Below, in pieces: positions 34,369 to 47,230 of a DNA stretch of 64,000 nucleotides. The DNA comes from Escherichia coli (GTDB taxonomy: Bacteria > Pseudomonadota > Gammaproteobacteria > Enterobacterales > Enterobacteriaceae), in NCBI RefSeq assembly GCF_003334255.1, contig NZ_QOWU01000003.1. The stretch is one strand, 5' to 3'. The translations under genes and the position numbers were made by a program. The notes under the pieces are model-generated. The model made no database searches and had not been told where the DNA came from. It was given only the letters and a program-made list of their open reading frames with translations. Numbering within the stretch: the stretch's first letter is position 1; each line of letters starts with the position of its first letter.

Positions 34369-34639
34369 TTGAACATAACGCCGATAGCAAAAGGAGTTAT
34401 GTTCAACAATTTAATTTTAGATATACATATAACTTGTTCTATTAATAAATCACCTCGTATTCTGACTCGCCCCCTGGCGCAGCAAAGTCAGGCATTTATA
34501 CTCTTTTGAATACATAGAAAATTGATATCAATATAATGAAAATATCAAATATTTGCATATAAATATAATCTTAAAGCTCAGTCTATTTAATGTTCAATGA
34601 AATATTTCTGCCTGTATAATCTTTAAAGATGTTGAACAT
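34369..34639. promoter_or_regulatory. AT-rich yraH upstream region with four copies of the 8-mer TTGAACAT / ATGTTCAA
   Basis: TTGAACAT at 34369-34376 and 34632-34639; reverse complement ATGTTCAA at 34399-34406 and 34590-34597. The first pair forms a perfect 11-bp inverted repeat ttgaacataac / gttatgttcaa separated by 16 bp. Confidence 0.4.
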
Positions 34640-34689
34640 ATATTCACATTAAATATGATTATGTACTTGTTACAAGGATAAGGTTATAT

Positions 34690-35274
34690 ATGAATAAAGT
34701 TACAAAAACAGCTATTGCGGGCTTACTTGCGCTTTTCGCAGGTAATGCCGCTGCAACCGATGGTGAAATAGTTTTTGATGGCGAGATTTTAAAATCCGCT
34801 TGTGAAATCAATGACTCTGATAAGAAAATTGAAGTTGCTCTTGGTCACTATAATGCCGAACAGTTTCGTAATATTGGCGAGCGTAGCCCAAAAATTCCAT
34901 TCACTATTCCTTTAGTTAACTGCCCAATGACTGGGTGGGAGCACGATAACGGCAACGTTGAAGCGTCTTTCCGTCTATGGCTGGAAACGCGAGATAATGG
35001 CACCGTCCCTAACTTCCCTAATCTGGCAAAAGTAGGCTCTTTTGCTGGCATAGCGGCAACAGGTGTGGGTATCCGTATTGACGATGCGGAAAGCGGAAAC
35101 ATTATGCCACTGAATGCTATGGGCAATGATAACACGGTTTATCAGATCCCGGCGGAATCCAATGGTATTGTCAATGTTGACCTCATCGCTTACTACGTAT
35201 CAACCGTAGTTCCATCAGAAATCACCCCAGGGGAAGCAGACGCTATCGTTAACGTAACGCTGGATTACCGTTAA
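34690..35274 (+). CDS. yraH: fimbrial major subunit-like protein YraH, 194 aa
   Basis: Signal peptide MNKVTKTAIAGLLALFAGNAAA followed by a fimbrial subunit domain with C-terminal donor-strand-like ...IVNVTLDYR. Confidence 0.9.
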   Translation: MNKVTKTAIAGLLALFAGNAAATDGEIVFDGEILKSACEINDSDKKIEVALGHYNAEQFRNIGERSPKIPFTIPLVNCPMTGWEHDNGNVEASFRLWLETRDNGTVPNFPNLAKVGSFAGIAATGVGIRIDDAESGNIMPLNAMGNDNTVYQIPAESNGIVNVDLIAYYVSTVVPSEITPGEADAIVNVTLDYR

Positions 35275-35353
35275 TACGTTAGGGCGTTATCTGACCTGTC
35301 AGATAACGCCCTTTTCCTTCCTCTTTCTCGTTGTATCAGGTTGAAAAATAACT

Positions 35354-36049
35354 ATGTCAAAACGAACATTCGCGGTGATATTAACCTTGTTGTGTAGCTT
35401 CTGTATTGGCCAGGCGCTTGCAGGAGGAATCGTTTTACAGCGAACGCGAGTGATCTATGATGCCAGCCGCAAAGAGGCTGCGTTACCTGTCGCAAACAAA
35501 GGCGCAGAAACGCCTTATTTACTGCAATCATGGGTAGATAATATAGATGGTAAAAGCCGTGCCCCATTTATTATAACCCCACCGCTATTTCGTCTTGAGG
35601 CTGGCGATGACTCATCACTGCGAATTATTAAAACAGCTGATAACCTGCCTGAAAATAAAGAGTCGCTGTTCTACATTAATGTTCGTGCCATTCCAGCAAA
35701 GAAAAAATCAGATGATGTTAATGCTAACGAGTTGACGCTGGTATTTAAAACACGGATCAAAATGTTTTATCGCCCCGCACACCTGAAGGGACGGGTAAAC
35801 GATGCGTGGAAATCACTGGAATTTAAACGTAGTGACCATTCACTCAATATATATAACCCAACTGAATATTACGTCGTATTTGCCGGACTGGCAGTCGATA
35901 AAACCGATCTCACAAGCAAAATTGAATATATCGCGCCCGGAGAACATAAACAGTTACCACTTCCTGCATCTGGCGGAAAGAACGTGAAATGGGCTGCGAT
36001 CAATGATTATGGCGGCAGTTCCGGGACAGAAACTCGTCCACTGCAATAA
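35354..36049 (+). CDS. yraI: periplasmic fimbrial chaperone YraI (PapD-like), 231 aa
   Basis: Signal peptide plus PapD N-domain signature (...[19 protein letters not shown]...). Confidence 0.9.
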
Positions 36050-36077
36050 AAAATATAAAAACACAGGTCATCAGGGA

Positions 36078-38594
36078 ATGCCACAACGACACCACCAGGG
36101 ACATAAACGCACACCGAAACAGTTGGCGCTCATCATCAAACGTTGTTTGCCGATGGTGCTCACTGGCAGCGGCATGCTTTGCACTACCGCTAACGCCGAA
36201 GAGTATTATTTCGACCCCATTATGCTGGAAACCACAAAAAGTGGTATGCAAACAACCGATCTGTCGCGTTTTTCAAAAAAATATGCACAACTACCAGGAA
36301 CTTATCAGGTTGATATCTGGCTGAATAAAAAGAAGGTTTCACAGAAAAAAATTACATTTACCGCCAATGCAGAGCAACTTCTGCAGCCACAGTTTACGGT
36401 AGAACAACTACGTGAGCTGGGTATTAAGGTGGATGAAATCCCGGCGCTGGCTGAAAAAGATGACGATAGCGTGATCAACTCGCTTGAACAAATCATTCCC
36501 GGTACAGCTGCTGAATTTGATTTCAATCATCAGCAACTTAATTTGAGCATTCCCCAAATTGCACTGTACCGTGATGCAAGAGGTTACGTCTCCCCTTCTC
36601 GTTGGGACGATGGTATACCAACGCTGTTTACCAACTACTCGTTTACAGGTTCTGATAACCGTTACCGCCAGGGCAATCGTAGCCAACGACAGTACCTGAA
36701 TATGCAAAATGGTGCTAATTTTGGCCCCTGGCGATTACGCAACTATTCCACATGGACACGCAACGATCAGACATCAAGCTGGAATACCATCAGTAGTTAT
36801 TTACAACGTGATATCAAGGCGTTGAAGTCTCAGTTGCTTCTGGGAGAAAGCGCCACCAGCGGCAGTATTTTTTCCAGCTACACCTTTACTGGCGTGCAAC
36901 TCGCTTCCGACGATAATATGTTGCCAAACAGCCAGCGCGGATTTGCCCCAACGGTACGCGGTATCGCAAACAGTAGTGCAATCGTGACTATCAGGCAAAA
37001 TGGTTATGTGATCTATCAAAGCAACGTGTCAGCGGGTGCCTTTGAAATTAACGATCTCTACCCCTCTTCCAACAGCGGCGATTTAGAAGTCACGATTGAA
37101 GAAAGTGACGGTACACAACGTCGCTTTATCCAGCCTTATTCTTCATTACCCATGATGCAGCGACCTGGGCATCTAAAGTATAGCGCGACCGCTGGACGCT
37201 ATCGCGCTGATGCAAACAGTGATAGCAAGGAACCCGAATTTGCTGAAGCCACGGCAATATATGGTTTGAATAATACTTTTACGCTGTATGGCGGCCTGCT
37301 CGGTTCTGAAGATTATTATGCGCTGGGGATCGGTATCGGCGGCACACTTGGCGCACTGGGCGCGTTGTCGATGGATATCAACAGAGCTGACACCCAATTC
37401 GATAACCAGCACTCTTTTCATGGCTATCAATGGCGTACGCAGTACATCAAAGATATCCCGGAAACCAACACCAATATCGCTGTCAGCTACTATCGCTATA
37501 CCAACGATGGCTATTTTAGTTTTAATGAAGCCAATACCCGCAATTGGGACTATAACAGTCGCCAAAAAAGTGAAATTCAATTCAACATCAGCCAGACAAT
37601 ATTTGATGGGGTAAGTCTGTATGCCTCCGGTTCGCAGCAAGACTATTGGGGCAATAACGATAAAAACAGGAATATCTCTGTTGGGGTTTCCGGCCAGCAA
37701 TGGGGAGTTGGTTACAGCCTGAATTATCAATACAGCCGCTACACTGATCAAAATAATGACCGCGCACTCTCTTTGAATCTCAGTATTCCGTTAGAACGCT
37801 GGTTACCGCGTAGCCGGGTTTCCTATCAGATGACCAGCCAGAAAGATCGCCCAACCCAACATGAAATGCGTCTTGATGGCTCACTGCTGGATGATGGTCG
37901 CCTGAGCTATAGCCTGGAACAAAGTCTGGATGACGATAACAACCATAACAGTAGCCTGAACGCCAGTTACCGTTCACCTTATGGCACCTTCAGTGCCGGA
38001 TACAGCTACGGTAATGACAGCAGCCAATACAATTACGGCGTTACCGGCGGCGTGGTTATCCATCCTCATGGCGTGACGCTCTCGCAATATCTGGGCAACG
38101 CTTTTGCGCTTATCGATGCTAACGGAGCATCTGGCGTGAGGATACAAAACTATCCGGGGATTGCTACCGATCCTTTTGGCTATGCAGTGGTTCCTTATCT
38201 CACAACTTATCAGGAAAACCGTCTCTCGGTAGATACTACGCAGCTGCCCGATAACGTCGATCTTGAACAAACAACACAGTTTGTGGTGCCCAACAGAGGT
38301 GCAATGGTAGCGGCGCGTTTCAACGCCAATATCGGTTATCGCGTACTTGTTACAGTCAGCGATCGCAACGGTAAACCGTTGCCCTTTGGCGCTCTTGCCA
38401 GCAACGATGATACGGGGCAACAAAGTATCGTCGATGAGGGCGGCATACTATATCTCTCTGGGATATCGAGTAAATCACAAAGCTGGACTGTACGCTGGGG
38501 AAATCAGGCAGATCAACAATGTCAGTTTGCTTTCAGTACACCGGATTCAGAACCTACAACCTCTGTATTACAAGGCACAGCGCAGTGCCATTAA
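36078..38594 (+). CDS. yraJ: fimbrial outer-membrane usher YraJ, 838 aa
   Basis: Usher family (FimD/PapC-like); ATG at 36078 (MPQRHHQGHKRTPKQLALIIKRCLPMVLTGSGMLCTTANA...); the track ORF has a 25-codon upstream extension overlapping yraI. Confidence 0.9.
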   Translation: MPQRHHQGHKRTPKQLALIIKRCLPMVLTGSGMLCTTANAEEYYFDPIMLETTKSGMQTTDLSRFSKKYAQLPGTYQVDIWLNKKKVSQKKITFTANAEQLLQPQFTVEQLRELGIKVDEIPALAEKDDDSVINSLEQIIPGTAAEFDFNHQQLNLSIPQIALYRDARGYVSPSRWDDGIPTLFTNYSFTGSDNRYRQGNRSQRQYLNMQNGANFGPWRLRNYSTWTRNDQTSSWNTISSYLQRDIKALKSQLLLGESATSGSIFSSYTFTGVQLASDDNMLPNSQRGFAPTVRGIANSSAIVTIRQNGYVIYQSNVSAGAFEINDLYPSSNSGDLEVTIEESDGTQRRFIQPYSSLPMMQRPGHLKYSATAGRYRADANSDSKEPEFAEATAIYGLNNTFTLYGGLLGSEDYYALGIGIGGTLGALGALSMDINRADTQFDNQHSFHGYQWRTQYIKDIPETNTNIAVSYYRYTNDGYFSFNEANTRNWDYNSRQKSEIQFNISQTIFDGVSLYASGSQQDYWGNNDKNRNISVGVSGQQWGVGYSLNYQYSRYTDQNNDRALSLNLSIPLERWLPRSRVSYQMTSQKDRPTQHEMRLDGSLLDDGRLSYSLEQSLDDDNNHNSSLNASYRSPYGTFSAGYSYGNDSSQYNYGVTGGVVIHPHGVTLSQYLGNAFALIDANGASGVRIQNYPGIATDPFGYAVVPYLTTYQENRLSVDTTQLPDNVDLEQTTQFVVPNRGAMVAARFNANIGYRVLVTVSDRNGKPLPFGALASNDDTGQQSIVDEGGILYLSGISSKSQSWTVRWGNQADQQCQFAFSTPDSEPTTSVLQGTAQCH

Positions 38595-38604
38595 GGATAA
38601 AAAA

Positions 38605-39696
38605 ATGAAAAGAGCGCCTCTTATAACAGGTCTTTTGTTGATATCCACATCCTGCACTTATGCCTCCTCAGGAGGGTGTGGAGCCGACAGCACTAGCGGT
38701 GCGACAAATTACAGCAGTGTGGTTGATGATGTTACGGTGAACCAGACAGATAACGTGACAGGACGGGAGTTTACCTCTGCAACGCTAAGTAGCACTAACT
38801 GGCAATACGCCTGTTCCTGCTCTGCGGGTAAGGCAGTTAAACTTGTCTATATGGTCAGCCCCGTACTTACCACCACTGGACATCAGACAGGATATTACAA
38901 ACTCAATGACAGCCTGGATATTAAAACCACATTACAGGCAAACGACATTCCAGGACTCACAACCGACCAGGTTGTCTCTGTTAACACCCGATTCACACAG
39001 ATAAAAAACAACACGGTATATTCTGCTGCAACCCAAACGGGTGTTTGCCAGGGTGATACGTCTCGTTATGGACCCGTTAATATTGGTGCGAACACCACCT
39101 TTACCCTGTATGTCACCAAGCCATTTCTCGGCTCGATGACCATTCCGAAAACGGATATTGCCGTCATTAAAGGCGCGTGGGTCGATGGAATGGGAAGCCC
39201 GTCTACAGGTGACTTCCATGATTTAGTCAAGTTATCGATTCAGGGAAATCTCACCGCCCCACAGTCGTGCAAAATTAATCAGGGCGATGTTATTAAGGTT
39301 AATTTTGGATTCATCAATGGTCAGAAGTTTACCACCCGCAATGCCATGCCAGACGGTTTTACTCCAGTAGACTTTGATATCACTTATGACTGTGGTGATA
39401 CTTCAAAGATTAAAAACTCGTTGCAAATGCGCATCGACGGTACAACTGGGGTAGTAGACCAGTACAACCTGGTCGCCAGGCGAAGAAGTTCAGACAATGT
39501 GCCCGATGTCGGTATTCGTATTGAAAATCTCGGCGGCGGAGTTGCAAATATTCCTTTTCAGAACGGTATCCTTCCCGTTGATCCTTCCGGGCATGGCACC
39601 GTCAATATGCGCGCCTGGCCAGTTAATCTGGTCGGTGGTGAGCTGGAAACAGGAAAATTTCAGGGCACAGCCACCATTACCGTCATCGTGCGGTAA
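38605..39696 (+). CDS. yraK: fimbrial adhesin-like protein YraK, 363 aa
   Basis: ATG at 38605 ([24 protein letters not shown]...) with signal peptide; large tip-adhesin-like subunit; the track ORF has an upstream extension inside yraJ. Confidence 0.88.
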
Positions 39697-40600
39697 AAGA
39701 AGACGTTGCGTTTTGATTAACGCAACGCTTCGGCACTGTTACCCCTGCTGCTCCAGCGCATAACTTATACAGCGCATTTTTCTTCACGCCGTGAATTTCT
39801 GCGGCCAGCGCCGCCGCTTTTTTCAGCGGCAGTTCTGCCTGTAGCAGCGCCAGCGTGCGCAGGGCATCGGCGGGTAAGTCTTCTTCCTGTGCTTTATGAC
39901 CTTCGACAATCAGCACCATTTCGCCTTTGCGACGGTTTTCATCTTCCTTTACCCACGCCAGCAGCTCGCCAACGGGCGCGCCGTGAATGGTTTCCCAGGT
40001 TTTGGTCAGCTCACGCGCCAGAACCACGTAGCGGGATTCGCCTAATACCGCAACGATATCTTCCAGGCTATCTAACAGACGGTGGGTAGATTCATAAAAA
40101 ATCAGCGTGCGCGGCTCCGCTTCAATGGCTTTTAGCGCATCACGGCGGCCTTTTGATTTGGCAGGTAAAAAGCCTTCGTAACAGAAACGGTCAGAGGGTA
40201 AACCCGCTGCGCTTAACGCAGTGATAGCAGCACACGGCCCGGGTAGCGGCACCACGCGGATCCCCGCTTCACGGCAGGTACGCACCAGATGGTAGCCAGG
40301 ATCGTTAATTAGCGGCGTTCCGGCATCGGAAACCAGCGCAATGTTTTGCCCCTCTTGCAGCTTCGCCAGCAGCGTTTCAGCTTTTTGTTGTTCGTTATGG
40401 TCGTGCAGCGCAAACAACCGGGCATTAATCCCAAAATGTTGCAGCAATAAACCGGTGTGACGAGTATCCTCGGCGGCAATCAGATCAACGGCCTGTAATA
40501 CCTCTAACGCACGCTGGGTGATATCCGCCAGATTGCCGATTGGCGTCGGTACAATGTAAAGCTGGCCCTGAGAATTATCCGCCGATTGGTGTTGTTTCAT
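39683..40600 (-). CDS. rsmI: 16S rRNA (cytidine1402-2'-O)-methyltransferase RsmI (YraL); here 305 codons with an apparently frameshifted C-terminus
   Basis: N-terminal 279 aa read as RsmI ([35 protein letters not shown]...). After ...KKNALYK the frame reads [26 protein letters not shown] and overlaps the yraK 3' end by 14 nt; the +1 frame instead reads YALEQQG-stop (TAA at 39739-39741), giving 286 aa. Confidence 0.85.
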
Positions 40601-40664
40601 TGTGTCGTCCGTATTGCCGATTTAATATTGAGCATTGCGTAAAAAAAATATCACTGGATACATT

Positions 40665-42701
40665 ATGGTACCCTCAACATTTTCTCGTTTGAAAGCCGCG
40701 CGTTGTCTGCCTGTTGTTCTGGCAGCCCTGATTTTCGCCGGTTGTGGCACCCATACTCCCGATCAGTCCACTGCTTATATGCAGGGCACGGCGCAGGCTG
40801 ATTCTGCCTTTTATCTTCAGCAGATGCAGCAAAGCTCTGATGATACCAGGATCAACTGGCAATTACTCGCCATTCGTGCACTGGTGAAAGAAGGTAAAAC
40901 CGGGCAGGCGGTTGAGTTGTTTAACCAACTACCGCAAGAACTGAACGATGCTCAGCGTCGCGAGAAAACACTGCTGGCGGTAGAGATTAAACTGGCGCAG
41001 AAAGATTTTGCTGGCGCGCAAAACTTGCTGGCGAAAATCACACCTGCCGATTTAGAACAAAACCAGCAAGCGCGTTACTGGCAGGCAAAAATCGATGCCA
41101 GCCAGGGGCGTCCTTCCATTGATTTACTGCGCGCGTTAATTGCTCAGGAACCGCTGCTTGGCGCGAAAGAAAAACAGCAGAATATTGATGCCACCTGGCA
41201 GGCGCTCTCCTCCATGACTCAGGAACAGGCGAATACGCTGGTGATCAACGCCGACGAAAATATTCTGCAAGGCTGGCTGGATCTGCAGCGCGTCTGGTTT
41301 GATAACCGTAACGATCCCGACATGATGAAAGCCGGGATCGCCGACTGGCAGAAACGTTATCCGAACAATCCGGGCGCGAAAATGCTGCCAACGCAGTTGG
41401 TTAACGTAAAAGCGTTTAAACCAGCCTCGACCAACAAAATCGCCCTGCTGTTGCCACTGAATGGCCAGGCAGCGGTATTTGGTCGCACTATTCAGCAAGG
41501 CTTTGAAGCGGCGAAAAATATCGGCACTCAGCCAGTGGCAGCTCAGGTAGCTGCCGCACCTGCCGCAGACGTAGCTGAACAACCTCAGCCGCAAACCGTG
41601 GATGGCGTTGCCAGCCCGGCACAAGCCTCGGTTAGCGATCTGACCGGTGAACAGCCTGCAGCCCAGCCGGTGCCTGTAAGCGCCCCGGCGACAAGCACCG
41701 CAGCGGTAAGCGCACCCGCAAATCCATCCGCAGAGCTGAAAATCTACGATACCTCATCACAACCACTTAGCCAGATCTTAAGCCAGGTTCAGCAGGATGG
41801 CGCGAGTATTGTGGTCGGTCCGTTGCTGAAAAATAACGTTGAAGAGTTGCTGAAGAGCAACACTCCGCTGAACGTACTGGCACTGAACCAGCCGGAGAAT
41901 ATCGAAAATCGCGTCAATATTTGTTACTTCGCGCTTTCACCGGAAGACGAAGCGCGCGATGCAGCGCGTCATATTCGTGACCAGGGTAAACAAGCGCCGC
42001 TGGTGCTGATCCCACGCAGTTCATTGGGCGATCGCGTAGCCAATGCGTTTGCGCAAGAGTGGCAGAAACTGGGCGGCGGCACCGTTCTGCAACAAAAATT
42101 TGGTTCCACCAGCGAATTACGCGCGGGTGTTAACGGCGGTTCTGGTATTGCTTTAACGGGTAGCCCGATTACTCTCAGAGCGACAACCGACTCCGGCATG
42201 ACGACCAACAATCCAACGCTGCAAACCACGCCAACCGATGACCAGTTCACCAATAATGGCGGTCGTGTCGATGCGGTGTACATTGTGGCAACGCCGGGTG
42301 AAATCGCTTTTATCAAACCGATGATCGCCATGCGTAACGGTAGCCAGAGCGGTGCAACGCTGTACGCCAGCTCCCGCAGTGCGCAAGGGACCGCTGGCCC
42401 GGATTTCCGACTGGAGATGGAAGGCTTGCAGTACAGCGAAATCCCGATGCTGGCAGGCGGTAATCTACCGTTAATGCAGCAGGCACTCAGCGCGGTGAAT
42501 AACGATTATTCACTGGCTCGCATGTATGCGATGGGCGTCGATGCCTGGTCGCTGGCAAATCATTTCTCACAAATGCGCCAGGTTCAGGGTTTTGAAATCA
42601 ACGGTAATACCGGAAGCCTGACGGCTAACCCGGATTGCGTGATTAACAGGAACTTATCATGGCTACAGTACCAACAAGGTCAGGTAGTCCCCGTCAGTTA
42701 A
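40665..42701 (+). CDS. lpoA: penicillin-binding protein 1A activator lipoprotein LpoA (YraM), 678 aa
   Basis: ATG at 40665 ([27 protein letters not shown]: lipobox LIFAGC); TPR N-domain plus periplasmic-binding-like C-domain separated by an Ala/Pro/Gln-rich linker. Confidence 0.9.
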   Translation: MVPSTFSRLKAARCLPVVLAALIFAGCGTHTPDQSTAYMQGTAQADSAFYLQQMQQSSDDTRINWQLLAIRALVKEGKTGQAVELFNQLPQELNDAQRREKTLLAVEIKLAQKDFAGAQNLLAKITPADLEQNQQARYWQAKIDASQGRPSIDLLRALIAQEPLLGAKEKQQNIDATWQALSSMTQEQANTLVINADENILQGWLDLQRVWFDNRNDPDMMKAGIADWQKRYPNNPGAKMLPTQLVNVKAFKPASTNKIALLLPLNGQAAVFGRTIQQGFEAAKNIGTQPVAAQVAAAPAADVAEQPQPQTVDGVASPAQASVSDLTGEQPAAQPVPVSAPATSTAAVSAPANPSAELKIYDTSSQPLSQILSQVQQDGASIVVGPLLKNNVEELLKSNTPLNVLALNQPENIENRVNICYFALSPEDEARDAARHIRDQGKQAPLVLIPRSSLGDRVANAFAQEWQKLGGGTVLQQKFGSTSELRAGVNGGSGIALTGSPITLRATTDSGMTTNNPTLQTTPTDDQFTNNGGRVDAVYIVATPGEIAFIKPMIAMRNGSQSGATLYASSRSAQGTAGPDFRLEMEGLQYSEIPMLAGGNLPLMQQALSAVNNDYSLARMYAMGVDAWSLANHFSQMRQVQGFEINGNTGSLTANPDCVINRNLSWLQYQQGQVVPVS

Positions 42702-43054
42702 CCACCAAACAGACCGGCGATGCGTGGGAAGCACAAGCGCGTCGCTGGCTGGAAGGCAAAGGACTGCGGTTTATCGCCGCTAACGTGAACGAGCGTGGCG
42801 GCGAGATCGATCTGATAATGCGTGAAGGCCGGACCACCATTTTTGTCGAGGTACGCTATCGCCGCTCTGCGCTTTATGGCGGCGCGGCAGCCAGTGTGAC
42901 CCGCAGCAAACAACACAAATTATTACAGACTGCCCGCTTGTGGCTCGCGCGTCATAATGGGAGTTTTGATACTGTGGATTGCCGGTTCGATGTGGTAGCC
43001 TTCACCGGGAATGAGGTTGAGTGGATTAAGGATGCCTTTAATGACCACTCATAA
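42659..43054 (+). CDS. yraN: UPF0102 family protein YraN, 131 aa
   Basis: Translation [43 protein letters not shown]...; start overlaps the lpoA 3' end by 43 nt. Confidence 0.88.
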   Translation: MATVPTRSGSPRQLTTKQTGDAWEAQARRWLEGKGLRFIAANVNERGGEIDLIMREGRTTIFVEVRYRRSALYGGAAASVTRSKQHKLLQTARLWLARHNGSFDTVDCRFDVVAFTGNEVEWIKDAFNDHS

Positions 43055-43073
43055 TTAAGGTTTAAGGATTAGC

Positions 43074-43664
43074 GTGCAAGAAAGAATTAAAGCTTGCTTC
43101 ACTGAAAGCATTCAAACTCAAATTGCGGCGGCAGAGGCGCTTCCGGATGCCATCTCCCGTGCAGCCATGACGCTGGTTCAGTCTCTGCTCAATGGCAACA
43201 AAATCCTCTGTTGTGGTAATGGAACTTCCGCTGCCAATGCACAGCATTTTGCTGCCAGCATGATCAACCGTTTCGAAACGGAGCGGCCCAGCTTACCTGC
43301 CATTGCACTAAATACTGATAATGTTGTCTTAACGGCGATTGCCAACGATCGCTTACATGATGAAGTGTATGCAAAACAGGTGCGGGCGCTGGGTCATGCG
43401 GGAGATGTATTGTTAGCCATTTCCACCCGTGGCAACAGCCGCGATATTGTTAAAGCAGTTGAAGCCGCCGTTACGCGTGATATGACCATTGTGGCATTGA
43501 CCGGCTATGACGGCGGCGAACTTGCAGGTTTGTTAGGGCCACAGGATGTGGAGATCCGCATTCCTTCGCATCGTAGTGCTCGCATTCAGGAAATGCATAT
43601 GCTGACGGTAAATTGCCTGTGCGATCTGATCGATAACACGCTTTTCCCTCACCAGGATGATTAA
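43074..43664 (+). CDS. diaA: DnaA initiator-associating protein DiaA (SIS domain), 196 aa
   Basis: GTG start at 43074; [59 protein letters not shown]... (GmhA-like SIS fold). Confidence 0.9.
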
Positions 43665-43673
43665 GGAGAATAC

Positions 43674-44249
43674 ATGAAGGCATTATCGCCAATCGCAGTC
43701 CTTATTTCCGCGCTGCTGTTGCAAGGTTGTGTTGCCGCTGCCGTAGTGGGTACCGCTGCTGTGGGTACCAAAGCCGCAACTGACCCACGCAGTGTCGGCA
43801 CCCAGGTGGACGATGGTACCCTGGAAGTGCGCGTGAACAGCGCATTGTCGAAAGACGAACAGATTAAGAAAGAAGCGCGCATTAATGTAACGGCCTATCA
43901 GGGCAAAGTGCTGCTGGTTGGGCAGTCACCAAATGCTGAACTTTCGGCTCGCGCCAAACAGATTGCTATGGGCGTAGACGGTGCCAACGAAGTGTATAAC
44001 GAGATTCGTCAGGGCCAGCCGATTGGTCTGGGCGAAGCATCTAACGATACGTGGATCACCACCAAAGTGCGTTCGCAGCTCTTAACCAGCGACCTGGTGA
44101 AATCGTCCAACGTGAAAGTGACCACCGAAAACGGTGAAGTGTTCCTGATGGGGCTGGTGACTGAACGTGAAGCGAAAGCGGCGGCAGATATTGCCAGCCG
44201 GGTGAGCGGCGTGAAGCGGGTAACTACGGCGTTTACGTTTATTAAATAG
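43674..44249 (+). CDS. dolP: outer-membrane lipoprotein DolP (YraP), dual BON domain, 191 aa
   Basis: Lipobox LLLQGC in MKALSPIAVLISALLLQGCVAAA...; two BON domains. Confidence 0.9.
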   Translation: MKALSPIAVLISALLLQGCVAAAVVGTAAVGTKAATDPRSVGTQVDDGTLEVRVNSALSKDEQIKKEARINVTAYQGKVLLVGQSPNAELSARAKQIAMGVDGANEVYNEIRQGQPIGLGEASNDTWITTKVRSQLLTSDLVKSSNVKVTTENGEVFLMGLVTEREAKAAADIASRVSGVKRVTTAFTFIK

Positions 44250-44350
44250 CAGCCCCTTGTAATGCCTGATGCGACGCTTGCCGCGTCTTATCAGGCCTAC
44301 AACGATACAAACCGTAGGTCAGATAAGGCGTTTACGCCGCATCCGACATG
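44250..44350. repeat. REP elements
   Basis: gcctgatgcgacgcttgccgcgtcttatcaggcctac ... gtaggtcagataaggcgtttacgccgcatccgaca. Confidence 0.6.
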
Positions 44351-44362
44351 TTTTCCCTCAAA

Positions 44363-45403
44363 TCAGAACAACAGCGCCAGCCCGCCGACAATCACACCAG
44401 ACACTGCCACCATCGCCCCTGTCAGCCATAAGGCTTTCGCCGGGAACGCTTTGCGCAGCATAATCAGTGACGGCAAACTCACTGCCGGGAGCGTCATCAA
44501 CAATGCCAGCGCCGGAGCGGTTCCCATACCTGCCAGCATCATCGTTTGTACAATCGGAATTTCTGCTGCCGTGGGAATGACAAACAAGCATCCTGCTACC
44601 GCCATCGCCACCACCCACATCAGGCTGTTATCGACAGCACCATCGGCATGGGGGAATAACCAGACGCGAGCGGCACCCAACACCAGTACTGCAAGGATGT
44701 AAACCGGGATCGTACTCCAGAAAAGCGTCCATAGCGCCCTGCCCCAGCGGCTAAAAAACCCGCCCTGTGCTTCCGGTATGTCAATTTCGACCGGTGCCTG
44801 CGTTTGCGGTGTTTCACGCACCCATTTTTGCACCAGCGTCGCAATCAGCAACACCATCACCAGCCCGGCCACCAGACGAATCGCCGCAAAACCCCAGCCG
44901 AGGACAAAGCCCATAAACACCAGCGTCGCCGGGTTTAACACCGGATTGCCCATCCAGAATGCCAGCGCACCGCCCATCGACACCTGTTGGCGACGCATTC
45001 CCGCCGCGACCGGAGCCGCACAGCAGGTACACATCATGCCCGGCAACGAAAACAGCGTTCCCAGCAGCGTGCCGCGAAAGCGCGATTGCCCAAGCGTACG
45101 CAACAACCAGTCACGCGGGATCAGCACCTGAATCAACGAACCGAGGATCACCCCCAGCACCGCCGCTTTCCATACCGCGAGGAAATAGATCATCGCGTAA
45201 TCCAACGCCGCCTGCCATGGGTTAGCATCCGCCTGCGCAAGGATAGATTTACCGATACTGTGGGTTTCGGCAGCAGTAAACGCTTTGCCGTAGTAAGGTT
45301 CCCATTTCACATACCAGAGACCGGCAATGACAACGAGAAAGAAAAGCGCGGGTTTCCACCACTGAATGGGCGTTGCCGCCTGAGATGAAGACTGACCAGT
45401 CAT
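44363..45403 (-). CDS. yraQ: predicted permease YraQ, 346 aa
   Basis: Polytopic membrane ORF MTGQSSSQAATPIQWWKPALFFLVVIAGLWYVKWEPYYGK... (permease-like); synteny. Confidence 0.85.
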   Translation of the reverse strand: MTGQSSSQAATPIQWWKPALFFLVVIAGLWYVKWEPYYGKAFTAAETHSIGKSILAQADANPWQAALDYAMIYFLAVWKAAVLGVILGSLIQVLIPRDWLLRTLGQSRFRGTLLGTLFSLPGMMCTCCAAPVAAGMRRQQVSMGGALAFWMGNPVLNPATLVFMGFVLGWGFAAIRLVAGLVMVLLIATLVQKWVRETPQTQAPVEIDIPEAQGGFFSRWGRALWTLFWSTIPVYILAVLVLGAARVWLFPHADGAVDNSLMWVVAMAVAGCLFVIPTAAEIPIVQTMMLAGMGTAPALALLMTLPAVSLPSLIMLRKAFPAKALWLTGAMVAVSGVIVGGLALLF

Positions 45404-45475
45404 AGCATTCCCCAGGAATAAGTTATGATAATTGAGCGCGTGAATATTACGCTCACTATCAATTCTTGGGAATAA

Positions 45476-46736
<1,261 letters not shown>

Positions 46737-46757
<21 letters not shown>

Positions 46758-47180
46758 GTCGCGTAGCCAAATCATTTTTTTACCAAAGCCCAGCGTGTTG
46801 TCGGTGAATTTGATTTCATCGAGCCGGATTTCCCACACCGGGGCCGACAGCATTCTGGCAACCGGAAAGCGACGATTGTACGCCTTGCGCGCGAGGTCGC
46901 TTTCCTCACCTTCCAGCCTGCGGATCTCACCTTTAAACTGCACACCGCGAATTAACGCTACCGTTTTCGGCTGACCGTTTACCGTTCCGGCAACCGCAGC
47001 CTGCGGCCCACTCATCTGCGCGTGGCGCGTTTTTTCTTCCGTCAAAATGTAGAAGGCGACTTTCTGCGCATCAAAAAGATAAAAGGCATTAGCGCACCAG
47101 AGTTCCCCTTCCTGCTGCACACACCAAGTGACAACATGTTGTTTTGCCAGCCAACGGCTGATGGCGATGAGTGTTTCCAT
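46737..47180 (-). CDS. yhbP: UPF0306 protein YhbP (pyridoxamine-phosphate-oxidase-like fold), 147 aa
   Basis: Translation [56 protein letters not shown]...; 3' end overlaps the yhbO 3' end by 21 nt (convergent). Confidence 0.85.
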
Positions 47181-47230
47181 TGCTGTTCTCTTTTATACTG
47201 TGGGCCTGACCTTAACATGCGACGCAGACG

